Source: an uncultured Myxococcales bacterium (lineage in GTDB: Bacteria; Myxococcota_A; UBA9042). Taken from it: DNA of 64,000 bases. Where the stretch lies: the NCBI GenBank assembly GCA_903850505.1, contig CAINLT010000006.1:15536-79535 (forward strand), read 5' to 3'. The notes below the pieces were generated by a model that saw only the letters and a program-made list of their open reading frames with translations, made no database searches and had not been told where the DNA came from. The position numbers were made by a program, and so were the translations under genes. Shown piece after piece: positions 22,909 through 32,369 of the stretch; positions within the stretch are counted from its first letter, which is position 1; each line of letters opens with the position of its first letter.

Positions 22909-23025
22909 AAGACCCTGCGCGCGCTGGCCATTTGCGGTTTGCTTCCGAGCGTGAACGAGTAGTACAGTCGCAGCGCTAACCGGCTGTCGTGCGACGTCAG
23001 CGCTTGACCCTGCAAGGCCTTCGCA

Positions 23026-24912
23026 ATGTACTTGGAATGGCTCGACAACGAGGGCGAGTTGGCGCGGCTGCCGCTGGATCCGGCGATGGAAGCCGTGACG
23101 ATCGGCCGCGGTCAGGCGTCCACGATCTACTCCAAAGAGACTTCCGTCTCCCGCAACCACGCCCGCATCGGCTGGGAGCCGTCTGGCTACTACATCAAGG
23201 ACCTCGGTTCGTCCAACGGCTCGTTCATCAACGGCGAACGCGTGCAACGCGGCCAACTGCGTGAAGGCGACGTGGCGCGGTGCGGTGAAGTGCTGGAGAT
23301 CCACATCTTCCCCGGATCGCCGCCGGACGCCAAGCAGAAGACCATGCACCTGGTGGATAAGGCGACAAGTCGCGCTGCGCCTCCACCGGCCACGGCAAAA
23401 AGCACGGATCGCGAAGTCCTGGTGGCTGCAGCGCGCGCTGCACGGCTGGGCCAGGCCGGCGGTGGCCTGCGCACCGATGCCCGTCCGGTTGAGCCGACGC
23501 CCGTCCGCGAGGTCTCCCGCCCGCAGATGGACGGCCGGGGCAGCGCGCCGCGCCCGGATCCGCGCGTTGTGACACCGCCGCCTGCGGCCGATCCAACCTT
23601 TCGCGCGCCGGTCCAGGCCGCGCACCCGGACGCCCAGCGGCGGATCGCTCAACTGGAGGATCAGCTCAACGCCGCCCGCGCCGCGCTGACCAAGGCGGAG
23701 AACGACGCGAAGGCCGTGGACGCGCGCTCCATGCGCTATTCCGTGGAGTTGGACGGCCTGAGCGACAAGTACGTCAAGCTCAAAGAGCACAACCAGGTGC
23801 TCAGCCAGGAGCTGGAGAAGACCCGCAGCGAGCTGCGGAACCGGGAAGACGAGTCGTTTGAGGCGAATCGCGCCGTCGAAGAGCTGAAGAGCCAGATTGG
23901 CCAGGCGCGTGAGAAAGCGGCGGATGCGACCGAGCAGCTGTCCGGCCTGAAAGTGCGGATCACCCAGAAGGATCGGCAAATCGAGGAGCTGCAGCGGCAG
24001 CTGGACCTGCTGGAGTATGAACTGCGCGCGGCGCGCGACGAAAATGACAGCCTGCAGTCGAGCTTCAACCGCGAAGGCGGCGACATGAGCCGGCTGGAGC
24101 GCAAGATCAACCTGCTGCAGGAAGTGATCCAGGAGAAAGAGGCGCTGATTGAGCAGCTGCGGATCGACCTGCGCGACAAGGACACGGAGATTCGCCAGGT
24201 GCGCATGGGCGTGGGCATCTCCGACCTGGAGCACGAGAAGCGGCGGCTGCTTGAGGACTACCATCAGGCGACGCGGCGCGTGGACGAGTTGAATGACCGG
24301 CTGCTCCAGCAGACCCGCCAGACGGAGACGCTCAAGGGCGAGCTGGACGTGGCGCGCGACGCGGTGGAGCGCAAGCCCGCGGCGCTGGCTGACGTGACGG
24401 AGCACCCGGATTTCAAGGCCAAGCTGCGCGAAGTGGAGCGGGCGCGCGAGGAGGTCAGCCAACTTCAGCGCGATCTGGCGAAGGCCGATTTGCGGCTGGA
24501 GACGACCGCGGCGGATCTGGCGCAGCAGAAAAGCGCGGCCGCAGAATCGCAAGTGGCGCAAAAACGCGTCGAAGCGCTCGAACTCAAGCTGCAGGAGACG
24601 GAAGCGCGGCTGAACGATGCGCTGACGACGCCCAAAGCGTCCGCGCTGCCGCCGGATCTCGCCGATGGCATCGAGAGCCTGTTGGACGCCGCCGTGGCTG
24701 CGCGGTCGAACGCCGCCGTGGTGCGCCGCTATGCCGAGGACCTGCAGGCGCAGCGCAGCAAGTGGCCAGAGCTGGCGGACACGCTGGAGCTTGTCAACGA
24801 CATCGCCAGCGTGCTGGCCAACGATCTGGCTGAACAAACGCGGACGCTGGAAGTGTTGCACCGCAAGGTCGTGACGCTCAGCCCGCCGCCCGCCGAAGGA
24901 AACGCCGCATGA
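23026..24912 (+). CDS. FHA domain protein with long coiled-coil C-terminal region
   Basis: N-terminal FHA signature TIGRGQAS....VSRNHARI......YIKDLGSSNGSFINGERV. About 400 aa of heptad-like E/R/L/Q-rich sequence follow. Confidence 0.85.
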   Translation: MYLEWLDNEGELARLPLDPAMEAVTIGRGQASTIYSKETSVSRNHARIGWEPSGYYIKDLGSSNGSFINGERVQRGQLREGDVARCGEVLEIHIFPGSPPDAKQKTMHLVDKATSRAAPPPATAKSTDREVLVAAARAARLGQAGGGLRTDARPVEPTPVREVSRPQMDGRGSAPRPDPRVVTPPPAADPTFRAPVQAAHPDAQRRIAQLEDQLNAARAALTKAENDAKAVDARSMRYSVELDGLSDKYVKLKEHNQVLSQELEKTRSELRNREDESFEANRAVEELKSQIGQAREKAADATEQLSGLKVRITQKDRQIEELQRQLDLLEYELRAARDENDSLQSSFNREGGDMSRLERKINLLQEVIQEKEALIEQLRIDLRDKDTEIRQVRMGVGISDLEHEKRRLLEDYHQATRRVDELNDRLLQQTRQTETLKGELDVARDAVERKPAALADVTEHPDFKAKLREVERAREEVSQLQRDLAKADLRLETTAADLAQQKSAAAESQVAQKRVEALELKLQETEARLNDALTTPKASALPPDLADGIESLLDAAVAARSNAAVVRRYAEDLQAQRSKWPELADTLELVNDIASVLANDLAEQTRTLEVLHRKVVTLSPPPAEGNAA

Positions 24913-26561
24913 GCCAGTCGCCAGTCGCCGCCGCCGCCGAACAGTCGCCCCATCGTCCGGTGCCCACGGCGGTCGACGAGCTGCACTACCTCATCCGCGC
25001 GCAGTACAAGCTGCTCTACGTCGTGTCCGCCGAAGAGGAGCGCGTGGAGCGCTGGCTGGGTGAATTGGCGACGCTGGAGAGCAAGCCGCTGCGCGAGCGC
25101 TGGGACGTCACGGCGTGGCAGGCGCGGCAGCTGATTCACTGGTCCTGCTCGCAGGGCTTTCGTTGCGCGTCGATGGACGTGCCCGGCGACGTGCGCGACC
25201 CGATTCGCGCGCTGGACTGGATCGCCAACAACTTGCAGCGCGACGCCATCGTGGTGCTGCGCGATTTCCACCCGTTCCTGAACGATCCGATGGTCGCGCG
25301 GCGCGTGCGTGATTTGCCGCACTTGTTCGCCGATGGCACGGCCAAGCGCTCCGTGGTGTTCCTCAGCCCGATCGTCAAGATTCCGGCGGAGATGGAGAAA
25401 GACCTGGTCGTGGTCGATTTTGACCTGCCGGATCGCCAGACGCTGGAAGACATCGTGCGCGATCAGGCTTTCGCGGGCGCGGCGTCGCAGCGCTTTGGCA
25501 AGAATTTCCAGAAAGTGCTGGAGAACCCCGCGCTGCAGCGGGAAATCGCGGAGGCAGCGCTTGGCTTGACGGAGCAGGAAGCGCGGCAGGTCTTCCAGAA
25601 GACGAGCGTGCGGGACAAGGGCTTTCACCTGCCGACGATCCTGCAGGAAAAGAAGCACATCATCCGCAAGTCGGGAATTCTCGAGTTCTACGAGACGGCG
25701 CTCGGCATGGAGTCCGTCGGCGGGCTGCAGCTGATGAAGGATTGGCTGAACAAGCGCCGCCACGCGTTTTCGCCCGCGGCCCAGGAATTTGGCTTGCCGG
25801 CGCCCAAGGGAATCCTGCTGCTGGGCGTGCCTGGCTGCGGCAAGTCCCTGTCGGCAAAAGCGATTTCTCAGGCGTGGCAGATGCCGCTGTTGCGGCTGGA
25901 CGTGGGCAAGGTGTTTGGCTCGCTGGTCGGCTCGTCAGAAGAGAACATGCGTAAGGCCATCAAGACCGCGGAAGCCGTGGCGCCGGCGATCCTGTGGCTG
26001 GATGAGCTGGAGAAAGGCTTCTCGGGCACGAAGTCGTCGGGGCAGTCCGATGGCGGCACGACGGCGCGCGTGTTCGCGACGTTCCTGACGTGGCTGCAGG
26101 AGAAGTCCTCGCCGGTTTTTGTGATTGCGACGGCGAACGACGTCAGCCAACTGCCGCCGGAGCTGCTGCGCAAAGGCCGCTTTGATGAAATCTTCTTCGT
26201 GGACCTGCCCAACAAGTCCGAGCGCGAGGAAATCCTCAAGATCCAGCTGCGCAAGCGCCATCGCGCGCCGGAGACGTTCGACATGAAGCGGCTTGTGGAT
26301 GCGACGTCGGGCTTCTCGGGCTCGGAGTTGGAAGAGGCGGTGGTCGGCGCGCTGTACGATACGTTTGACGTGAGTCAAGGCCAGACGGACATCCACACCG
26401 ACGAATTGGTGGCGGCGTGCCGCGAGGTGATTCCGCTGAGCCAGACGATGCGCGAACGGCTGGCGGAGATGCGCGAATGGTCCAAGTCGCGCGCGCGGCG
26501 GGCGTCGCCGGCGGATGACGCGTCCTCGGGCAATGAAACGGCGCCGAAGCTGGAAATGTAA
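24909..26561 (+). CDS. AAA+ ATPase, Ycf46-like
   Basis: Walker A GILLLGVPGCGKSL and Walker B AILWLDELEK, with an N-terminal domain of about 270 aa. The ATG overlaps the FHA stop (ATGA at 24909-24912). Confidence 0.85.
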   Translation: MSQSPVAAAAEQSPHRPVPTAVDELHYLIRAQYKLLYVVSAEEERVERWLGELATLESKPLRERWDVTAWQARQLIHWSCSQGFRCASMDVPGDVRDPIRALDWIANNLQRDAIVVLRDFHPFLNDPMVARRVRDLPHLFADGTAKRSVVFLSPIVKIPAEMEKDLVVVDFDLPDRQTLEDIVRDQAFAGAASQRFGKNFQKVLENPALQREIAEAALGLTEQEARQVFQKTSVRDKGFHLPTILQEKKHIIRKSGILEFYETALGMESVGGLQLMKDWLNKRRHAFSPAAQEFGLPAPKGILLLGVPGCGKSLSAKAISQAWQMPLLRLDVGKVFGSLVGSSEENMRKAIKTAEAVAPAILWLDELEKGFSGTKSSGQSDGGTTARVFATFLTWLQEKSSPVFVIATANDVSQLPPELLRKGRFDEIFFVDLPNKSEREEILKIQLRKRHRAPETFDMKRLVDATSGFSGSELEEAVVGALYDTFDVSQGQTDIHTDELVAACREVIPLSQTMRERLAEMREWSKSRARRASPADDASSGNETAPKLEM

Positions 26562-26573
26562 CGGGAGGCCCGC

Positions 26574-26984
26574 GTGTCGCATTTCACGACAGTCCAGACC
26601 AAGATTACCAGCCTGACCCGGCTGGAGCAGGTGCTGACGGAGTTGAAATTCAACTTCTCCAAGGCGGAAGCCGGGCAACTGTTGAACGTCAACGGCTATC
26701 TGGGACAAAAAGCCCAGGCGCAGATCGTCATCCACGCGTCCCGGACGTACGACATCGGCGTGAACGTGGACGCCCAGACCGGCGCGGCGACGTTTGTGGC
26801 GGACTGGGAATTCGTGGAGACGACGGCGGGCTACACGCAGGCTGAATTCACCAAGAAGATCATGCAGCGCTACGCCTACCACACGGTCAAAGAAGAAGTG
26901 ACCAAGCGCGGGTACACGCTGGAAGAGGAAAAAGTGGACGGCGAAGGCCATATCCACGTCAAAGTCTCGTCGTGGGGAGATTGA
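26574..26984 (+). CDS. DUF1257 (Ycf35-like) protein
   Basis: GTG start with GGGAGG 6 nt upstream. The MSHFTTVQTKI... N-terminus and the ..QRYAYHTVKEE...GYT..EE motif match my memory of the Ycf35/DUF1257 family. Confidence 0.75.
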   Translation: MSHFTTVQTKITSLTRLEQVLTELKFNFSKAEAGQLLNVNGYLGQKAQAQIVIHASRTYDIGVNVDAQTGAATFVADWEFVETTAGYTQAEFTKKIMQRYAYHTVKEEVTKRGYTLEEEKVDGEGHIHVKVSSWGD

Positions 26985-26987
26985 GCC

Positions 26988-27191
26988 ATGGCACAACGGC
27001 GGGAAATCCAGTTCACGATTGATGACAACGGCGAAGTGTCGATCCAGGTGCTCGGCGTCAAGGGCGCGGAGTGCGAGAAGCTGACGCGCGAGATGGAAGA
27101 AGCGCTGGGCATCGTGACGACGCGGCAGCATACCAGCGAGTATTGGCAGGCGGCGGAGACGGCCGTGAAGTTGGAGCAAGGCGAGGAATAG
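26988..27191 (+). CDS. DUF2997-like small protein
   Basis: 67 aa. EIQFTIDDNGEVSIQVLGVKGAECEKLTREMEEALG fits the DUF2997 pattern I-x-f-x-I-x-x-d-G-x-V....G..G..C...T..lE.aLG. Starts 3 nt after DUF1257 and has an SD. Confidence 0.65.
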   Translation: MAQRREIQFTIDDNGEVSIQVLGVKGAECEKLTREMEEALGIVTTRQHTSEYWQAAETAVKLEQGEE

Positions 27192-27194
27192 CCC

Positions 27195-27914
27195 ATGCCT
27201 GAAGCCCGCGCCCGCGACCTCCTCCACCAGCCGCTCGCGTGGCCGCTGGCGCGCGCGATCCGCCGACAGCAGCGTTTCTCCCGCGCGCACCTGCCGCTGG
27301 ACACGCAAAAACGTCGGATCGACCAGTTTTGCGTGTTTTCCCCGCATGATTTTCAAGCTGATCGGCTGACTGCATGGCTGGAGACGCACAGCTCGTTCAA
27401 GGAAACCTACGCGCGCGGTTTTCGCGTCAAGAGCGACAATGAGATTCCGGGCGACGTGCTCGAGGCGATCCAGCACGAGCACATGCCGCAGTTCAACTTG
27501 CGCAACATTGGGCGGGCGGAACGCGACGTCGAACTGGACGACCCACTGCCGCTGCAGCGCCAGCGCGGGATTGGCGGCCAGCTGGGCGCGGAGCTGGATG
27601 AAGTGCGCGAGGCGAAGGTGCCAAAGCCGCAGATGGCCGAAGTGTGGTCGGTGCGGCTGATGGGGCGGGTGCGCGGCAGCCTGCAGCGGATCCTGGTGGA
27701 AGACCCGTGGGAGCTGCGGCTGGGACCAGAGGCGACCTCAGGCCACGAGGGGCGGAGCTATCAGTTCGTGGCCGAAGGCACGCACCCGCACGATTTGCCC
27801 GACGCGTGGTGGGGACCGGAGCCCGTGCCGATGGCGGAGAACCGGATCGCCGCGCCGCCGGGTGAAGAGGAGACCGGGGACGTGATGGCGATGATGCGCG
27901 AGCTGACGAAGTGA
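27195..27914 (+). CDS. Hypothetical protein, last gene of the FHA/AAA/DUF1257/DUF2997 operon
   Basis: ATG 3 nt after the DUF2997 stop, with GAGGAA upstream. Third-position G/C is high along most of the ORF. No motif recognised. Confidence 0.55.
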   Translation: MPEARARDLLHQPLAWPLARAIRRQQRFSRAHLPLDTQKRRIDQFCVFSPHDFQADRLTAWLETHSSFKETYARGFRVKSDNEIPGDVLEAIQHEHMPQFNLRNIGRAERDVELDDPLPLQRQRGIGGQLGAELDEVREAKVPKPQMAEVWSVRLMGRVRGSLQRILVEDPWELRLGPEATSGHEGRSYQFVAEGTHPHDLPDAWWGPEPVPMAENRIAAPPGEEETGDVMAMMRELTK

Positions 27915-28041
27915 CGCGCGCGTCGCGCTGAGGCGAACAGCGAAGAATCTCCGCGACCTGCCTCGCCGCCGCTTGCATCCGTCGATAAGATCCCGCATCT
28001 CACCTTTGCGCACCGCTGCGCCCACTTCACGAGGCACCATC

Positions 28042-28515
28042 ATGATTTCCGTCGGCGACAAGCTTCCCTCCATCGAACTCCACGAAGGCAACCCCGGCAC
28101 CAAGGTCGACATCGCGGCGCTCTTCGCCGGCAAGCGCGGCATCCTCTTTGCCGTCCCGGGCGCGTTCACGCCGGGCTGCGACCGCTCGCACCTCCCCGGC
28201 TACGTCGCCGACGCCGAGAAGCTGCGCGCCAAAGGCGTCCAGGAAATCGCCTGCGTGTCCGTCAACGACGCGTTTGTGATGGGCGCTTGGGGCAACGCGC
28301 ACCACGCCGAGGGCAAAGTCCGCATGCTCGCTGACCCGAACGCCGTGTTCACCAAAGCCGTGGGCCTGGACGTGCAGGCGGACGCGCTTGGCGGCACGCG
28401 CTCCAAGCGCTACGCGATGCTGATCGACGACGGCGTAGTGACCGCGCTCCACGTTGAACCGGACGGTTTTGGCCTGACGTGCAGCCTGTCCAACGCGGTG
28501 CTCGCAGCGTTGTAG
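28042..28515 (+). CDS. Peroxiredoxin, Prx5-type
   Basis: MISVGDKLPSIEL...ILFAVPGAFTPGC contains the peroxidatic Cys motif. 157 aa counted from the internal ATG. Confidence 0.85.
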   Translation: MISVGDKLPSIELHEGNPGTKVDIAALFAGKRGILFAVPGAFTPGCDRSHLPGYVADAEKLRAKGVQEIACVSVNDAFVMGAWGNAHHAEGKVRMLADPNAVFTKAVGLDVQADALGGTRSKRYAMLIDDGVVTALHVEPDGFGLTCSLSNAVLAAL

Positions 28516-28683
28516 TCGGCAAACTCCCAGGTTCAATCCGCGAACGGGCCGCTGGGCAGCATCGCGTTGGAATGGCGGCGACCGGCATGGCTTCGTCACG
28601 CGCTTTTCGTGCAAATGCCATCCGATGCTGGCAGACTAGTTCGGCAGGCGCAAAGCCGGAACAACAGCAAAGCCAACCGCAAC

Positions 28684-30792
28684 ATGACGCACCAGCATCC
28701 CCCGCGGACCACCGGCCCTCTTCCGACCGCTTCCCAGGAAATTCTCGATCCGCGGCACGCGATCAACCGCGAGCTGAGCTCGCTGGCGTTCCAGCGGCGC
28801 GTGCTGTCGATGGCGCTGGACCCGGCGGTGCCGCTGCTGGAGCGCCTGCGCTTCGTGACGATCACGTGCGCCAACCTCGACGAGTTCTTTGAGATCCGCG
28901 TGTCCCGCCTGCAGCGTCAGGTCGAGCTGGGCCTGACCGCGAGCGGCACCGATGGCTTGCCGCCCAATGAGACGCTCAACCGCATCCACGAGGAGGCGCG
29001 GGCGATCGTCGCGGAGCAGTACCGCATCTGGTCCGAAGTGCTGCTGCCGGAGTTGGCCGCGGCGGGCATTCGCCTCCTGCAGTCAGAGGAGTGGACGGAC
29101 GATCAGAAATGCTGGGTGGAAACCTACTTTCGCCGCGAAGTCGTGCCGGTGCTGACGCCCATCGGCCTGGATCCCGCGCATCCGTTTCCGCACGTGCAAA
29201 ACAAGAACCAGAACCTGCTGGTTTCGCTCACCGGTCAGGATGCCTTTGGCCGACAATCCGGCATCGCGATCGTGCAGGTGCCGCGCTCGTTGCCGCGCGT
29301 GCTGGCGATCCCGGGGACCAAGCCCGGCGTGCACGCGTTCGTGCTGCTCTCCACGGTCATCCAGGCGTGCGTAGGCGAGCTGTTCCCGGGCATGGCCGTG
29401 ACAAACGTCGTGTCATTCCGCGTGACGCGCGACGCCGATCTGTGGCTGGCGGAAGAAGACGCTGACGATCTGCTCGAAGCGCTGCAAGGCGAACTGCACC
29501 GGCGGCGCTACGGCGATGCCGTGCGTCTGGAAGTGGCCGGCCATTGCCCGGATGCGATGGCGGAGTTCCTGCTGGGCGAGTTTGAGCTCGATCCGATTGA
29601 CCTCTACCGCGTGGAAGGTCCGGTCAACCTGCACCGCGTCGGCGCGATCCTGGACATGTGTGACCGACCCGAGCTGCGCTATCCGCCCTACACGCCGCGT
29701 TTGCCGCGCGGCTGGCAGGACGAAGACGATCGGTTTGAATGGCTGCGGCGCGCCGATTTGCTGCTGCACCATCCGTATGAGGCCGCGGCGCCGGTGCTCG
29801 AATTCCTGCGGCAAGCGGCGGACGATCCGGACGTGCTGGCGATCAAGCAGACGCTCTACCGGACTGGTCCGCGGTCGCCGTACGTGGAAGCGCTCGCGCA
29901 GGCGGCGCGCAACGGCAAGGACGTCACCGCGGTCGTGGAACTGCGCGCGCGTTTTGACGAAGCGGCCAACATCGACCTCGCGGCGCAGCTGCAAAAAGCC
30001 GGCGCGAACGTCGTGTACGGCGTCGTGGGCTACAAGACCCACGCCAAGATGCTGCTCGTGGTGCGGCGCGAAGGCGATGGCATTCGGCGGTACGTGCATC
30101 TGGGGACGGGCAACTACCACCCGCAAACCGCGCGGACATACACGGATTTGGGCCTACTGACGTCGGACCCCGTGATTGGCGAGGACGTGCACAAGGTGTT
30201 CCTGCAGCTGACCGGTCTGGGCACGCCGCGCAAGCTGGAGCGTCTGCTGGAGTCGCCGTTCACCCTGGGCCGCGAGGTGATCGCGCGCATTGACGCGCAG
30301 GCGGCGCGCGCGCGGGAAGGGCTGCCGGCGCGGATCCAGGCCAAGATGAACGCGCTGAGCGAGCCCAATGTGATCGCCGCGCTTTATCGGGCTTCACAGG
30401 CGGGCGTCCCGATCGACCTGCTGGTGCGCGGCATTTGCTGCCTGCGGCCGGGGATGCCGGGCGTGTCGGAGACGATTCGCGTGCGGTCGATTGTTGGCCG
30501 GTTCCTGGAGCATTCGCGCGTCTGGTGCTTTGGTGAAGGTGACGACGCCGAAGTGTGGTTCGCGAGCGCCGATTGGATGTCCCGCAGCTTTTCACGGCGC
30601 GTGGAAGTGGCGACGCCGGTGCGCAACGCAGATTTGCGCGCGCGGATCGTGGAAGAATGTTTGGCGCAGCCGCTGCGGGACAACGTGCAAGCGTGGCTGC
30701 TGGCTGTGGACGGAACGTACACGCGGGCGACGCCCGGTGACGAAATCGCTTTTGGCGTGCAGGATTGGCTGGCGGGGCGCGGGGAGAGCTGA
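28684..30792 (+). CDS. ppk: Polyphosphate kinase 1
   Basis: INRELSSLAFQRRVL N-terminus. The HAKMLLVVRREGDGIRRYVHLGTGNYH motif is present, and a similar C-terminal region (FLEHSRVWCF) follows. Start chosen at ATG 28684. Confidence 0.9.
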   Translation: MTHQHPPRTTGPLPTASQEILDPRHAINRELSSLAFQRRVLSMALDPAVPLLERLRFVTITCANLDEFFEIRVSRLQRQVELGLTASGTDGLPPNETLNRIHEEARAIVAEQYRIWSEVLLPELAAAGIRLLQSEEWTDDQKCWVETYFRREVVPVLTPIGLDPAHPFPHVQNKNQNLLVSLTGQDAFGRQSGIAIVQVPRSLPRVLAIPGTKPGVHAFVLLSTVIQACVGELFPGMAVTNVVSFRVTRDADLWLAEEDADDLLEALQGELHRRRYGDAVRLEVAGHCPDAMAEFLLGEFELDPIDLYRVEGPVNLHRVGAILDMCDRPELRYPPYTPRLPRGWQDEDDRFEWLRRADLLLHHPYEAAAPVLEFLRQAADDPDVLAIKQTLYRTGPRSPYVEALAQAARNGKDVTAVVELRARFDEAANIDLAAQLQKAGANVVYGVVGYKTHAKMLLVVRREGDGIRRYVHLGTGNYHPQTARTYTDLGLLTSDPVIGEDVHKVFLQLTGLGTPRKLERLLESPFTLGREVIARIDAQAARAREGLPARIQAKMNALSEPNVIAALYRASQAGVPIDLLVRGICCLRPGMPGVSETIRVRSIVGRFLEHSRVWCFGEGDDAEVWFASADWMSRSFSRRVEVATPVRNADLRARIVEECLAQPLRDNVQAWLLAVDGTYTRATPGDEIAFGVQDWLAGRGES

Positions 30793-30864
30793 CCGCCCTG
30801 CCGCTTGACCAAACCCGTCCTCAGCGCCACTCTGCCACCAGCCGCACGTTCGGCGCGAGGCACC

Positions 30865-32364
30865 ATGGCCGATCCCTCCCTCATCGCCGCCGTCGACCTT
30901 GGCTCCAACAGCTTTCACCTCGTCGTGGCGCGCGTGCTGCAAGGCCAAATCGTCGTCGTCGATCGGATGCGGGAGACTACGCGGCTCGCGGCTGGCCTCG
31001 ATCACAACCGCCGCCTCGACCCGGCGCTGATGCACCGCGCGCTGGGCACGCTCACCCAGTTTGGCCAGCGGATCCGCGAAGTGCCGCGCGATTCCCTGCG
31101 CGTGGTCGGCACGGCGACGCTGCGGCGTGCCAAGAACGCCGACGAGTTCATGGACGCGGCCAAAGACGCGCTCGGCGTGCCGATTGAGGTGCTGAGTGGA
31201 CGCGAGGAAGCGCGGCTCATCTACCTCGGCGTGGCGCACAGCCTGGAGGTACCCGACGGCCGCCGTCTGGTCGTCGATATCGGCGGCGGCAGCACAGAAA
31301 TCATCCTCGGCGAGCGTTTTGACCCGCTGGAAACCGAGAGCGCCGAGATCGGCTGCGTGACCTGGACCAGCGAGTTTTTTGCCGACGGCGAGCTGAAGAG
31401 CGCCAACTTCCGCGCGGCAGAGACGGCGGCGAGCCTGGAATTGCAGCACATGGCGCGCCGCTACCGCACGCTGGGCTGGGACGAGGCGGTCGGCTCGTCG
31501 GGGACGGTCGAAGCCATTGAAGGCGTGCTGCGCGCGATGGGTTGGAGCAAACGCGGCATCACGGCGCGCGGCCTCGCGAAGCTGCGCGAGGAGCTGATCA
31601 AGTTCGGCAAGATCCAGAAGGTCGACCTGCCCTCACTGCGGCCTGACCGCGTCGCAGTGTTTCCCGCGGGCGTGGCGATCCTGACGGCGCTGTTTGAGAC
31701 GTTCGACATCCGCAAGATGGAAGCGGCGACCGGCGCGCTGCGCGAAGGCGTGCTGTACGACCTCCTGGGCCGCATCCGCCACGAGGATCTGCGCGACCGC
31801 ACGGTGATGGCGCTGGCGGCGCGGTGGCATGCGGACGAGGAACAATCGGCGCGCGTCGAGCGGACGGCGCTGAACCTGCTGAAGCAAGTCGGCGGCGAGT
31901 GGGTCAGCGACGAGCCCTTGGCGCGGCAGCTGCTGAGCTGGTCGGCGCGGCTGCACGAGGTCGGCCAGACGATCGCCCACAGTGGCTATCACAAGCACGG
32001 CGCGTACCTTGTGGCCAATTCCGACATGCCGGGCTTTTCGCGCGACGATCAGATGCTGCTGGCGAGCCTGATCCGCGTCCATCGCCGCAAGCTGGCGACG
32101 CTGTTTCGCGACACGCCGCCGCTGCGCTCCGAGTTCGCCCTGCGGCTGGCGGTGCTGCTGCGGATTGCCGTGTTGCTGCATCGCGCGCGGAGCCCACAGC
32201 CGCTGCCCCACGTGGCGGTCCACGCGGAGGGCCGCAAGGTCAGCGTGACGCTGCCCGCGCGCTGGCTGGAAGATCACAGCCTTGTCGCCGCCGATCTGCG
32301 GTCAGAGATCGACGAGCTGAGCGTGATTGGCATGGAACTTGTGGTGAAGCCGGTCGAGCGGTAG
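30865..32364 (+). CDS. ppx: Exopolyphosphatase / guanosine pentaphosphate phosphohydrolase family
   Basis: AAVDLGSNSFHLVVARV and VVDIGGGSTEI are ASKHA phosphate motifs. Sits directly downstream of ppk. Confidence 0.9.
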   Translation: MADPSLIAAVDLGSNSFHLVVARVLQGQIVVVDRMRETTRLAAGLDHNRRLDPALMHRALGTLTQFGQRIREVPRDSLRVVGTATLRRAKNADEFMDAAKDALGVPIEVLSGREEARLIYLGVAHSLEVPDGRRLVVDIGGGSTEIILGERFDPLETESAEIGCVTWTSEFFADGELKSANFRAAETAASLELQHMARRYRTLGWDEAVGSSGTVEAIEGVLRAMGWSKRGITARGLAKLREELIKFGKIQKVDLPSLRPDRVAVFPAGVAILTALFETFDIRKMEAATGALREGVLYDLLGRIRHEDLRDRTVMALAARWHADEEQSARVERTALNLLKQVGGEWVSDEPLARQLLSWSARLHEVGQTIAHSGYHKHGAYLVANSDMPGFSRDDQMLLASLIRVHRRKLATLFRDTPPLRSEFALRLAVLLRIAVLLHRARSPQPLPHVAVHAEGRKVSVTLPARWLEDHSLVAADLRSEIDELSVIGMELVVKPVER

Positions 32365-32369
32365 TTCGT

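Noticed and set aside
21007-24861. 1284-aa minus-strand ORF antisense to the YbgF-like, LysM and FHA genes. Similar long antisense ORFs occur at 2529..4349(-), 7870..9579(-), 10906..12984(-), 25935..27482(-), 31824..34220(+), 38644..40749(+) and 42299..45304(-).
   Set aside because: Their translations are Arg/Ala/Gly/Pro/His-rich with no motifs. Each lies opposite a gene with clear family signatures. This is the typical stop-codon-poor shadow frame of very GC-rich DNA.
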